Assembly: GCA_030141605.1 (NCBI GenBank)
Contig: JAQGDQ010000432.1
Span: 134,731 to 198,730 of the forward strand
Reading direction: 5' to 3'
Length of the DNA: 64,000 bases
Origin: Tubiluchus corallicola
Taxonomy: Eukaryota > Animalia > Priapulida
Below the pieces are notes generated by a model. That model was given only the letters and a program-made list of their open reading frames with translations, was not told where the DNA came from and did no database searches. This document shows, piece by piece, positions 50,601-63,400 of the stretch. How positions within the stretch are numbered: position 1 is the stretch's first letter; each line of letters starts with the position of its first letter. Position numbers and translations under genes: made by a program.

Positions 50601-53600
50601 GTTTCGTCTCTAAGTATTGAATTTCTGTCTGTCGGCAAGTTCAGACTAGCGAGTTTTCTCGCCAAGTAAACTCTCAAGCATATTAAAAACTTGCTGCGAG
50701 TAGAAAACTCCCAAGTCTGAACGTGCAGTGAGTATACCTTGTCATATAAATGATTAACTTACCTGTTTGCTCATCTCCTGTACGATGTGAAAATTAAATT
50801 GTTTTTCCAATTACACTTTTGTGAAATGAACTAAAATTTCTGGAAAGTGTTTCAAATAGACTCCTTACTTGGAAAAATACACTAAATAACTATTTTTGAT
50901 TTTTTTAAATTAATAATCCAGACTAAATAATTTCATTACTTGAAAAATACAGTCAACCTCAGATATCAGGGACACCTCCGGACTGGAAAAAATCGTCCCT
51001 TATATCCGATGTCCCTTACAGCCGAAGTTGAGTCAGATGGGGTGTATATTTTCATCACGATTTCACAAGTTTTGATGCTCATTTCTTTCGTCCATCATGA
51101 CCATCCACCGGCATTACCTTTGCCACCAACTAGTTACCCACATCATTACAGCCACAAGCCCCGACCGTAGTCCAAGGGAATACAGTCGGGCCCGCGCTTT
51201 TAGGATGTAAAAAATATTTGATCATAGGATCCCTTACATGCGAGGTAATTTACCTGGGTTTCTATTACGCGGGGGACCTTAAGATATCTCCCTTATAAAT
51301 GAAAGTCCCTTATATCCGAGTCCCTTATATACGAAGATTTTTATAAGGAAAAATGTTACGAAACATTGGGACCGGTGTTGGTGGTTCCTTGTAAGCGAAT
51401 GTCTCTTATAAGCGAGTACTTTATACCCGAGGTTGACTGTATACTAATTCATCACTTTTTCCCTTTTTTCTAATGAATAATCTCAAAGGCATGGTTTAGC
51501 TTTTTATTGCTCAAGCCTGCTGAAGTAAATCGGCTAATAATAAACCAATGATGTGTAAGACTCTGGGAAAATAACTATTTTGTGTCAACATTCCGTGTTG
51601 TTTTAGGCCAATGCAAATGGGTTGCTATGGTTTAGGAATGAGCAGACTGCTTGCCGGTGTTGTTGAAGTTCTGTCGACGGAAACGGAAATCCGATGGCCG
51701 CCATTGATAGCACCATATTCCATATGCATTATTCCTCCAAAAGTTAGTGGCTTTGTTGCACCAGTCATACTTTAATATTCATAAATGTTCTAGATTTTAT
51801 TGTTAAAAACAGCACAACTTTATTAAGACTTTTACATTAAAAAGTTTAAATCGTGTCAAACGTTTCGACTAGCTGCTGCTGTCATCATCAGTGGTAAATT
51901 TACGAACATACAACCAGTTTATATAGGCGGAGCCTGTTATGCACTAATTAAGTAGTTAACAGAAGCCATATAGGTGATGAATAAACAGACTGGTAAAGAA
52001 ATTGATATAGTAACAAATAGTTAAGCATTTGTAAATAAAGTTAAACGAATAGAATTGCTTTGTACATTAAGAGAAAGCTTCTTATGTACATAGATAAATT
52101 TTCTTTTATTAATAAGTCAGTATCAGTTTCTTTTCTTCAGGTCTGCTTCATCATTACCTATTTGGCTTTTGTTAAATACTTAATTAGTGCATAATAGGCT
52201 CTGCCTAAATAAACTTTGTTGCTATGAGGTTTGCCAATTTACCACTAATGATGATAGCAGCAGCTAGTCAAAACACTTGGCATGATTTTAACTTTTAACT
52301 TTTTAGTGTAAAAGTTTTAATAAAGTTGCGTTGTTTTTTAACTAGAAGTTGTAGTGTTTTAAACTATAAATATTTTTATGTGCTGTAATAAAAACTGGTT
52401 CTAGGTTTTCCTACGAATGACGAAAATCTTGTAGAGTTTGAGATGGCGAATCTTAATCCTGTAAGAATCAGGGTTGTTAAACCCAAAATTTATGATGAAT
52501 AGAATTTGTACTTTTCATAATAGATGAGGGTTTGGATCCGATTCATGATTTTTAGCAAAGATGTCGTTACGTTAATTGTAAATTGGACCGTTTCTTCATT
52601 TCTAGAAAAATATAGATATTGCTGAATTGTGTAGCTGAAGTACCTGTTGTTTTACCTGCTAATAGTAGTATATGATTTAAACTTTTATTACGCTTTGAAT
52701 TTTTACAGCCATTTAAATTTTATTAACACAAATTTAAGTATTATATCATTTTATTAGCTACAAAGTATCCATTAACACCTTTAGTTGCATTAATACAATA
52801 TTGATTCCAAACAAGTTTAATCCTGTTTTCATTCATTCTCATCAGGGGCGGAACTAGATGTGGCAAGCAGGGGGGGGGGCGCAAAAATTTTTTGGGAGGG
52901 CGAGGTATCCGAAGTGGTTAAATAATGGTTAAGCCAATTTTTAACCCCTTTTATACTGCATGCAGGCCTATAATTAGCATGTGTGTAGGACGTTCTACCA
53001 CAAATCACAAACCATATGATATTCGACCCTCTGTAAAGCCCACGTTCTATAAAGGCACGTTGATATACATTTTGCCAAGTAGCCCGAATTACACAAATAC
53101 AGTACTACAAAAAAAGTACTGCAAAAAAATTGTTTGTCCGATTTGGCAGGGGGGTGCAAATTTTGACAGGGGGCGCGCGCCCCCCTTCGCCCCCTCCTAG
53201 TTCCGCCCCTGATTCCCACAATAAAAAAAACAAAAAATGAAGAAAAATATATTGCTTTGATGATTAGCTTACTTAGTTTTTTAGAAGCCTTTAGTTTAGT
53301 CGTGTTGAAATATTAGTCCAAGAGCCCGTGACAAAATAACCTCCTCATCAGGAAAGCGATTTTCGACCTTCGTATTTCATAGGTATGGGTATGGTATTCC
53401 ACAAACGACTACTTCCTATGTCATGGTAGTGGGGCTTTTAGGGTGTTTGCCCTAAAGCCCCGTTCCCATGACAAAAGAAGTAGTCATTTTTGGCATGCTG
53501 CACCCATATCTATGAGATACGGTGGTCAAAAATCGTGTTCCCGATGTAGTCATTTTTGGAATGCTGCACCCATATCTATGAGACACGGTGGTCAAAAATC

Positions 53601-54955
53601 ATGTTCCCGATGAGGAAGTTATTTCGTCACGGGCTCTTGGACTACATCTTTTGTAATGTTATTGCTAAATTATATAACAGTAACATCTGGCACAGTTTTT
53701 ATACTGTATTGTTTTAGTTTCCTTTATGCCATATTTTACTTGTTTTTGTCCATGTATTGTTATATTTGTACATTTAGGCCGGAAGCCACGAGAAAGTTGC
53801 TGCAAAAATGGCCGCCCATTTATTTCACACGTTGTCTCATGAATCAGTTTACCAAGATGACGTGTTACTGGATGATAGGAGTCACATGACTATCGGAAGG
53901 CGACTTCAGGAAGCCAGACGATTGGGAATTCCTTTCATAATCATCACTGGCAAAAAGGTGATATATCTTTGCAGAATGCTTGAATGAAGTAATTGCAAAA
54001 AAAGTTTGAAAATTTTTTATGGCAAATGAGTAAAAAAACGTCCACATTTTGACCAATGGGATTCTTCCCATAAAAAGATGCACTAACCCCCCCCCCCCCT
54101 GCCCCCGAGATTCCACAGGGAATATATCTAGACACTGTGGCAAAGAATGAAAGACACATGATAAAGTAACACTTAGCCAAGAGTGGACAGTAAGTGGAGA
54201 ACCGATCGTAACAGATGTGAAACCGTTAAAGTATTTACACAAAAAGAAATTTTGTAAAATCTCTAGCCATTTTCTGTCATTTAAAGTGGAAAAATAAAAC
54301 AATTTCACGTAGACGTACATTTATTCATAAAAATAGCGGTTATTTATAGGCCTATTAGACAAATAGTCTAAAACATAACTAAGAGATCAACCGTTCACCA
54401 TTAGGATGGATGGCAAATTAGCTCTCATTGTACGTAAAAATTCATTTGTCCATCTGGAATTGCCAGTATTGTTCAGGTAGAAACTCTGGAAATGGCAAAA
54501 GAATTGACTAGAAAATATCCGTGTAATATCTCATTGCTTTAGGATTGCTACTTTTATTATTTGGAAATACTGTTTGGGGACACCAAAAAACTATGTGCCA
54601 CTTTTTTGCAAGATACTTGGCAAATGTAAATGTACCATTTGTATGAAGTTGTGTAGATTGAATTTACATGTTATTATGTAAGAAAATGCATGAAAACTGG
54701 TTTTTCTCGGTTTGGACCAGTGTTCTCTTGCTGCATGTGAAATTTTGGACTTTTTTTTAAACAAAATCACTTAGGAAGCAACTGTAACTCACTGTTTCTA
54801 GTGCAAACTCAAGTACATGTAGATTGAATCACAATTCTCAACTCTTTCAGGTGTTGGAAGCCATGCCACAAATTGAGGTTCATAGATTGGCAAGTGACAG
54901 CGTAGATTTTGTAACTCATAAAGAACTATTCGATCTTTTGGCTAACCGTTTATAA
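44688..54955 (+). CDS. PARS2: Mitochondrial prolyl-tRNA synthetase, ~453 aa, 13 exons: 44688-44840, 45937-46114, 46928-47001, 47490-47570, 47699-47771, 48093-48200, 49028-49121, 49446-49480, 50103-50167, 50263-50342, 51607-51742, 53778-53957, 54851-54955
   Basis: Phases are consistent and the total is 1362 nt. The translation contains [30 protein letters not shown], motif 2 [40 protein letters not shown], motif 3 [11 protein letters not shown] and anticodon-domain [15 protein letters not shown]. The N-terminus is basic and transit-peptide-like. Confidence 0.96.
45713..45870. repeat. Tandem repeat, 56-bp unit, ~3 copies (PARS2 intron 1)
   Basis: gtgcgagtgtgatagtataactgagtgcaatgtatagttctgagtgcggtatg is repeated. 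Confidence 0.88.
48313..48697. mobile_element. Palindromic Penelope-like element (inverted pLTR pair) with hammerhead-like core, PARS2 intron 6
   Basis: Arms of ~185 bp are reverse-complementary around ~48501-48515. The minus strand of 48457-48499 reads ccaCTGATGAtgacagcagtaagcctgtcGAAA. Confidence 0.7.
49862..49962. mobile_element. Miniature Tc1/pogo-like MITE
   Basis: tagactaacttcgtta...tctcgcca / tggcgagataacgaggttagactgta with TA ends. Confidence 0.55.
50639..50722. mobile_element. Short hairpin MITE (Harbinger-like)
   Basis: gttcagactagcgagttttct / agaaaactcccaagtctgaac inverted repeats. Confidence 0.5.
50950..51439. mobile_element. Tc1/mariner (pogo/Tigger-like) MITE
   Basis: TA-cagtcaacctc ... 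gaggttgactg-TA with subterminal ccttata repeats. Confidence 0.82.
51802..52342. mobile_element. Palindromic Penelope-like element with hammerhead core, PARS2 intron 11
   Basis: Inverted arms at ~51802-51980 and ~52148-52342. The minus strand of 51855-51897 reads ttaccaCTGATGAtgacagcagcagctagtcGAAACGTTtgac. Same family as 48313-48697. Confidence 0.72.
52843..53211. mobile_element. hAT-like MITE
   Basis: Perfect 15-bp TIR caggggcggaactag / ctagttccgcccctg; 8-bp flanks attctcat / attcccac (degenerate TSD). Confidence 0.8.
53314..53644. mobile_element. Foldback-type MITE with TAG..CTA termini (Academ-like?) and an internal tandem duplication
   Basis: tagtccaagagcccgtgac / gtcacgggctcttggacta termini; near-palindromic about ggggcttttaggg-tgtttg-ccctaaagcccc. 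Confidence 0.75.
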
Positions 54956-56003
54956 CGTAAAATAAACCTAGGGGAAAATGCATCGATGCCGATGTTCACG
55001 AATAAACAGCAAGATGCGGCAGTTCTACGAGGAGGCAAAGTGAAGCGCCCTTTGTGTTAACAGTGACAGGCTAGGTGTGGTAGCATTGAAATGTGAAGTG
55101 TAAAAAGCAATGCAACTCAAAAACTAACACACTTAACTGGCCTTAACATGTAGGTGGCAGCACCTATGTAAACTTACCTGTAATTTTACCTGTGAAGTTG
55201 TAAATTAGGTTGAGCCTCACTAAACACGCTCACAGAAGCCTCAGCAAATGTTAAATAATGTTTAGATAAATGTTCAAGTAATTATTTGTGGGCGTCTCTA
55301 GCTGATTTGCTATAAACCAGTATGACGTTCCAAAGATGTATCAAGTTGTTATAGCCGCACAATGTGAGTAATGTTTACTTTTATTGTCTTAAATTATAAT
55401 AATTAGATCATTATACATTTGTAAGCAGTGAAAGCAGTCAAATTTATTATTTTCATTTTTTTATATATACAGAAATAAAGATTTCTGAGAATACCATATG
55501 CTATGAAGGAAATTCTTTTGTGTTCCCGTCACACCACACACTCTGGGAAGTTAGGCTGCTCATCTTAATGTTTGCGAAAAATCTTAGGATTTAGTTTTAG
55601 TGTTTTGAGCAATCAGTAAAATCACTTTAAAGTCACTATCACGTCACTTCTGGACTCTTTCATCTTGAATTCCATTTTTTCCACTAATGACGTAATTCGT
55701 TGAGTAAAAAAAGGCAATGCACTATCAGTTTAAAACGGATAGCTAATTTTGTGATTACTTTGCATGAACATTAGGAAAGCTGTAAAAGTTCAGATTAGTT
55801 TAAGCAGTGTTCACTTACTAAGCAGTGTTCACTTACGGAAAGCTACGATGGACTTACAAAAAGTCACAAACTCCACCAGTTACATCATCATAATTTTCAA
55901 GTGAATAGCATATACCACCAACGCTGAAAATTTCTATACAGTAGTAGTGTAAATTAACTATGCCTTATAGACAGTTTTTTTGTTTATATTTTTCTGTTTA
56001 AAT

Positions 56004-56350
56004 GATAACAGTAAAATAATCCCAGCAAGCTAAATGACTTGTCCTTTCTTTTAAACTTATTTGTATAACAGAAAATACTCTGACAACGATTCCAGCATGC
56101 TAAATGACTTGTCCTTTCTCTAAAACTTATTTGGATAACAGAAAATGCTCTGGCAATGATTCCAGCATGCTAAATGACTTGTCCTTTCTTTTAAACTTAT
56201 TTGTATAACAGAAAATACTCTGACAGTGATTCCAGCATGCTAAATGACTTGTCCTTTCTTTTAAACTTATTTGTATAACAGAAAATACTCTGACAATGAT
56301 TCCAGCATTGCTAAATGACGTCCTTATTTGGAGAACAGAAAATACTTTCA
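56004..56350. repeat. Tandem repeat, 70-bp unit, ~5 copies
   Basis: taaatgactt recurs at 56031, 56101, 56171 and 56241, with a variant at ~56313. Confidence 0.92.
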
Positions 56351-57003
56351 CATTGAGATACTAAGAAATTGTGTAGCAAGTCAAGTTTTGAACCAGAGAT
56401 CTTGTGTAAAAAGTGTGCATGCTCTGTTTAGCTGAGCTCCTTAACCACGTAAGAAAATTCTAGCTGATGATTATTGCGCATGCTGAAGTGGCACTTAGTA
56501 CCAGAAACAACAGATTGTTGCTTTGTGTGTAAATTAGCGACTTTTTTAGAGCTCATAGCACTTAGCGAATACATGTATCAATAGAAAACTATCATGTTAT
56601 GTGATTATTTGATTTGTATTTTCAATCGCACACTTACAAGTGGTAATATATATAAATATTGTGATTACAAAAATGTCTGGCTGTACTTATATAAAACAAA
56701 GACAAACTTTTGCAATACAAAATGGTACACACATTAAGCATACATTAAGAAACACACACAACTTTTAAAAATACAATTAAATAGCACGATATTGTGGTAT
56801 AAATCACATAATTTACAATTCATTCGACAAAGACTAGCAAATCTAGTACAAGAAACAAAGACCGCACTAGGGTGATATCAAACACAGATTGAGCTAACTA
56901 TGTAGATGTGTTATACACACATTTATATTATAACTAATTACGATTTTGCTATAAAGCACAGATTGAGCTAACTATGTAGATGTGTTATACACACACATTT
57001 ATA

Positions 57004-58050
57004 TTATAACTAATTACGATTTTGCTATAGCGAAATCTTACTGCTTTTCTTTGACTTACTATTTATTTATTCTCCGCCACTTTAACGCTTAATAACTCGT
57101 AAGCCTTGCAAGCTAGGGTCTCCAAATTCAGGGGTTTGGTAGCCCTGGGCGGCGGACGTACAACAGTCTAGCAACCAGTGACCACTGGTCAACGGGGAAG
57201 GGCAGTGGGCATCGGTCAGTTTTTCATTTAGGTAGCACTCCTAGGGCACTGCGGGGTAGATGTGCACCTGGAGTTTTAAAAAGTTGACAAGTTTTAAATC
57301 AACGAGGGAGGGGTCAAAATGCACAATTTGGGGTCCCCAATTGGTGACCTTTTACACGCTGAGAGCTAGGGACACAAAACTCAGGATATACTCTCTGGGT
57401 AAAGTTAGCTACATATACGTGTGACCAGAATTGCCGGGTCAAAGGTCATGGAGAGGGCGGGTGTTCATTTATTTTTCTTGATGATCCATCTGCTCCCGTA
57501 GTTTTTGAGCTATGGCCACAATATTTGGCATGTTGCTAGGTGGTGTCGTGGCCTTGCACATTGCAAAATATGGAATGTGTGTGCAGGGCAAAATTTTTCG
57601 CCAGGGGGCAAAAATCGAAAAATGGGTGTTGGGAACAGAAGTGCAGTGAGTGTTGAGCAATGGTACCTTGTAGCATATCAAACTCGATGAGGCGGATCGA
57701 ACGGCCCAGGTTACAATGAGAATGGCTAATCTGCGAGCTCGCTAGGGGGAAAAAACCGAAAAATGGGGGTCGAGAACTGAAGTGCACCGAGTGTTGAGCA
57801 ATGGTACCTTGTAGCACATCAAATGAAAGGTCTCGATGAAGATCGAACGGCATAGGTTACAATGAGCTAGCTAGGGGGCAAAAATCGAAAAATGGGTGTT
57901 GGGAACAGAAGTGCACCGAGTGTTGAGCAATAGTACCTTGTAGCACATCAAATAAGAGTCTCGATGAGGCGAATCGAATATTATATTTTACAATAAGAAT
58001 AGCTAACCTGCGACCCCACTAGGGGGCAAAATAGGGGTCGAGGAGACGAA
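57004..58050 (+). mobile_element. DINE-1/HINE-like (Helentron-derived) non-autonomous element with internal repeats, right end interrupted
   Basis: Terminal hairpin gattttgc-tata-gcgaaatc and three copies of gaagtgcaccgagtgttgagcaatggtaccttgtagcacatcaaa..ctcgatga. A ~72-bp duplication of the left junction lies at 56883-56953 / 56957-57029. Confidence 0.55.
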
Positions 58051-58059
58051 TGTCTTTTT

Positions 58060-58375
58060 TAAGGATCAAACGTTGCCGTGTGGAATATCTGGGGTATGTC
58101 GCTCGAATGGCCCGCTCCCGCCTACCGTTCATCTCCATGTTCAAGCCGGCGGCACGTGGAAGCGCTGCAGAGGAGGTCAACAAAAGCATTTGTGGCATCA
58201 AATCAAGCACGATATTGTGTCTCCTCTTGGACTGGACCGCTACCACCAAGTTTCCGATGATCTCACAGAGCTGCCGTCGTACTGCGAGGACCGGAAGCAG
58301 TGGCGTGCGATGGTTCGGGATGCTACCTGTGCTGGCCTGCCTCCACCTGGTGGGGGCAGCAAGTAAGTAAGTAGT
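58060..58375 (+). mobile_element. RTE-clade LINE 3' end
   Basis: RVEYLGYVARM...WKRCRGGQQK...CEDRKQWRAMVRDA (frameshifted), followed by a (taag)n tail. Confidence 0.78.
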
Positions 58376-58500
58376 GGGTAGCTAGTTAGTGTATACGCAA
58401 GCAACAATGAATCTAAAGGTGCTTAAAGACAGTGTCAGACTGTAGGACTCTGGCAAAAAGTATATTTACCCACATCATCAGTACTTTGGTAGGCAGTCAT

Positions 58501-58670
58501 TCCTCTGTTCGTCCACACGATAAAATTAAGAAGGGCAAAGCTATGATCACCACCCATCACACAGGAATAGGTTTGGTCAAACCGTGTCCTCTGTTTGTCC
58601 ACACGATAAAATTAAGAAGGGCGAAGCTATGATCACCACCCATCGCACAGGCATAGGTTTGGCCAAACCA
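58501..58670. repeat. Tandem duplication of ~86 bp
   Basis: tcctctgtt(c/t)gtccacacgataaaattaagaagggc...ggtttgg(t/c)caaacc occurs twice. Confidence 0.88.
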
Positions 58671-60459
58671 CGAATGCCCAATGCTCTTGGTTAAAAAGTC
58701 AAAGACCAAGCTGACAATATCAGTGAAATTAAAAGTTTTCACTTGAGGAGTAGGTCAGTGGGTCAGCAGGTCAGTACTTCTGTTGAGTGCTATCTAGTGT
58801 GTTCTGTATGTTAGTGACACTGAAGTGGTAACGTTTTCAGTCACAAGGTTTTCGAAAAGCAGGTTCTTCCCAAGAAATATGCCATCTAGGACAGATATTT
58901 ATTAATATCAAAATTCAGATCGTGATGTATGCTAGCGATTATCACATAGACAAATCACGGACGTTAATAACCGATTAAATCAAAACAAACTGAAAAGTTT
59001 GTCTTTTGTGGCCAAAACAAAATGCCTCTTCTTTCTGTCATGTAACAATAATACAGCAGCATACTGGAATACGTAAGTAAGAGTTTAGGTAAGTAAGGGC
59101 TCAAGTTAACAGTTAAAGCAGAACGTGATCCAACCTTAAACTATAGGTCAACATTCTTTATAATATTGAAATAAAACATACTATTTTTTCAAAAACAACT
59201 TGCGTGAAAGAAGTATTACCACACAAACACAATTTCACTTTTGCGCTACTAGTTCTTCACTGTTACCAGGCTAGTTCTTCAAAGAAATTACATGCATTTC
59301 GCCATTCGCTAGTTAGACGGGCACTAGCGCCTGCATTTCAAAAATGCATTGCCCAAAAAACAGGTGCTGTACCTCTCAGTTCAGACACGTTAGTTTGTGA
59401 TGAACTGCATACGCTCGACAGCTCATGCATGAGCACAGAGGTAAATTTGAAATTTGAATTTTTATCTTCAAACTTGCCTAGTTTTAGTACAACACACTAA
59501 ATATCTTACAGTAAGACTGTACTTCAATTTTCCCTTTCACAAACATGTGCAACGCGCTCATGGAACATTTTTGCCATTGAAAATTATGTTAGTTTGTGAT
59601 GTCATCAATAGTTGGGCTTGCCCGCTGTTAATTAAGATTTTAATCCATTATTTGATTATCAGAAATCCTTTTGCAGCATTAATTGTGTTAAATTGTATAC
59701 TTTTTATAGGACTTGAAAATGGGGTAGTATATGAAAAATCATTTAGCCGACTTCACGTTTAACATGTGCACAGAAAAAAATGACGGTTTACTTATTGATG
59801 AATGCAGAGAGACCACCAAGTCGTCAAATTAAACATAAAAATACTGTTAAAGAAGCAAACAACTAAAATATTATAAAAATAAATTTAATAATTACTGGGT
59901 GAGGTTATTGCACTTGAATGAAGAGTAAAAAATATATGATCATTACAAATAAGCTGCAGAAAAATATTACAATATGGTATGAATTTCATCTGGATCACAA
60001 TTATAGCTCAACAGCCGTTCCGTTATCCAGTACATGCAGTCAAGCCTCGTTATACCGCTTCCTCATTGTACCTGCAAACTCATTTACCACTTACAAAATG
60101 GCGAGGACAAAACAAACACTTGCTATGCCATTGCCTCGTGCAATAAAAGAAATATATACAATTAATTCACAAATTATTAATTTAATATTTCTCTTTAGAG
60201 TAATTAATTAACCTCTAGAGTGAAAACTGAGGTCTCTAACCTGTGTGCGCTTGTCTGGCTGTTTTGGATTTGTCAATGGCAAAATTTAATGCACCGCTTG
60301 ATAACGGCAACTTTTTTCAACTTCCAAAGTGAGCGGTTTGATTGTATAAACAAATCAACTTCAATCGTAATTACATTGTCACATGCGCATAAAATTAAGT
60401 AGATATTTCTGTGAAAAAAAGGCTTAGAGTTGGCAGCTTGATCTGCTTTAAGCCTTATG

Positions 60460-63400
60460 TCATTCAACCGAATTGAGGTCTGTGTGGAGGGTTCTTTCGC
60501 ACGACGATTTGATCACGATCCCGATTTTCTCTAATTCCTCTTCCGTCAAACAGTTGTTCACCGTCACTCTGATACTGCAACAGAAGGAGCACGCTGATAC
60601 TGTGTTCAATGTGAATCAGATAATTAAACAACCATGCAACTTTTCATAACTTTGCTATATGCATCAAGTTCAAATTCTACTTGATCGCATTTTACAGCAA
60701 ATATTGTACTGACTTATAGAGAGAGTCGTATGCAACACAAGTTGTACACTGAAATAACGTTTAGTATTATGATGATAATACAGATTATTCCACAAATGAT
60801 TACGCTGTTGATAAGCCAAATGTATTATAAGTTACAGCTTGCCAATCACCCATTTAGTCCTTTAACCCGTGTTAGTGAGTTTCACAACGCACTTTAGAAA
60901 TACTGTCAAACCTCGGATATAAGTGACACCTACGGACCAGAAAAAACTGTCCCTTTTATCCGATGCCCCTTACAACAGAGGTTGAGTCAGACTGAGGCTG
61001 TATCTAGACCGGTACTTTTCTGTACTTTTACCCATATTTTTATGGATTATTGCTAGACATTCAGTGCAAACGGTATGTAGGAAGCTCCTTCAGTGATGTG
61101 AGGTGTATGTGACCAAGGAAACCGAGCTGTTCGAAAGCCGAGTTTGCAAAAAATTGAGGTTAACAATCGATCAATTTCGCTTTGATCATAGGGTCCCTTA
61201 TATTTGAGGTAATTTACCTGGGTTTCTATTATGCAGGACCTGAAGATACTGTCCCTTATACCTGAAAGTCTCTTATATCCAAGTATCTTATATACAAAGA
61301 TTTTTACATGGGAAAAATTGGGACCGGTGTTGGTGGTCCCTTAAAAGCGAGTGTCCCTTATATCCGAATACCTTTTTTTTGGATGTATGTGGAGTAGTAC
61401 CTATTGCCCATTAATAACAATTTCATGCCAGCTCAGGTAAATGACAATTTTGAGTGTATATGGAATAGTACCTCGGTCTAGGCAATAAATGCTCTTGGTC
61501 GTTGAGGTAGCGAGCCACAACCAGTGCAACACCTTGTTCTTCCGCCTGTAGAAATAAGTGGAATTTGGTAGCGTAATAACACTAAGATCACTACGATATT
61601 GTACAGCTAAACACTCCAGCAAATATGTAACAAATTGTAATGCGTACAGTCAAATGTTGTTTATAGCACCCGCCTTTATGATGCCAACTTTGCTCAAAGT
61701 CCAAATTTTTACCAAAACAAAATATGTATATTTGCATAAACGTACGTATTACTGCACCTCGTTGGTAATAATACCAAACACGCAATAGCACCAACTTTTT
61801 TGCAGTCCTGAACTACAGGGTATAAAGAGATTTAACTATATATTAAAAGCAAGCAATATACTATTAATTGTGAGCACAACAACACAAATAACAAGGAACA
61901 ATCATTACTCTTGTCCTTTAGCCGTGCGGTGACTTTTCTGCATGCTCACGCAACCTGCCATCACATTTCAAACACACTTGCGACGGACAAAGTAAACCAC
62001 TTTGTGAAATATTAACTACAGAGTACGAACATAGAATTTTTATTTGTACAAATATAGTTTTATTCTAAAATTTCTGTAATACTAAAAACGCCATGCGAAA
62101 GGTATGAACTTGTACGCAAAGATCCACAGATAACTTACAAATATGTAAAAAATATGTCCCAATCAGGCTAAATCAGTTGAGATCCCCTCTTGCAAGAAAG
62201 TAATACAGTCAAACCTCTATACTGCCTACTTCGGGACTGCAGAAAAGTTGGCGTGAAGCGAGTTTCACATTTTAACAAGGTGATTAACACACACGTGTCT
62301 ATGTAAATGTAGATATTTTGCTTTGCTAAAAATTTGGGCATTAAGCGAAGTGGATATTATAAAGGGGGGCATTATAACGATTTTTTACTGTATCGCTTTA
62401 ATTTTCCTATTTTCCTATTTTCAATGAAAATATTTGGGACAAACATTAGCAGAAATGTCTTCTTCTGCCACTCATCCTTCAAAATCTAAGTTTTGAGAAA
62501 GCAATCAGAGATTGTAGCGCAAACAAGGACTGGAATCCATCAACCATATGACAAGAAAGTCGCCTGCAAAAAAGCCTATAGTATAATTTTATACCTTTTC
62601 TACAACTTGTTCTAATAGATGAACATCCTCAGTATAAGTTGAATGACTCTCGGCAAGGCACAAATGTTTGAACGGTGATACGGGCACACCCACGACATCT
62701 ACTCCTTCAATTCTATAAAAAAAATGTCGCGTGACAAAGTTTCTGAAGCTCACGTGCAATTTGCAAAATCTGACGCACATTTTGAGCCCAAACTATTGTT
62801 GTTCCATAGTGTCCAAATAAATTTAGAAACTTTTAACAAATATTACACATAAGATAAGAATGAATAACTAAATAATTAAAAAAAGACAGCATTTTAATTG
62901 TTACCTGAAAAAACTACAAGAAAAATAATCACAACATAATCTAATAAACATTTTGTTAGAAGTGGTTTTTAAAGAAGGGAATCTCAGTCTGGCAAAAATA
63001 AGCCCTAATCATGCACTAAAAGGTAGCATTTTATTGCAACAATTTACTATTTACCAAGAAAACCCCCGACTAATGATGTACTAAAAAGTTACTTGTCATA
63101 GTCACAACTTAGCAAGAAAAATCCTCACCAATGATGCACTAAAAAGTTACTTGTCATAGTCACAACTTAGTAAGAAAAATCCTCACTAATGATGTACTAA
63201 AAAGTTACTTATCATTGTCACAACTTAATTAGAAAAATCCTCACTAATTATGTACTAAAAAGTTACTTGTCATTGTCACAACTTAGTAAGAAAAATCCTC
63301 ACTAATGATGTACTAAAAAGTTACTTGTCATTGTCACAACTTAGTAAGAAAAATCCCACTAATGATGTACTAAAAAGTTACTTATCATTGTCACAACTTA

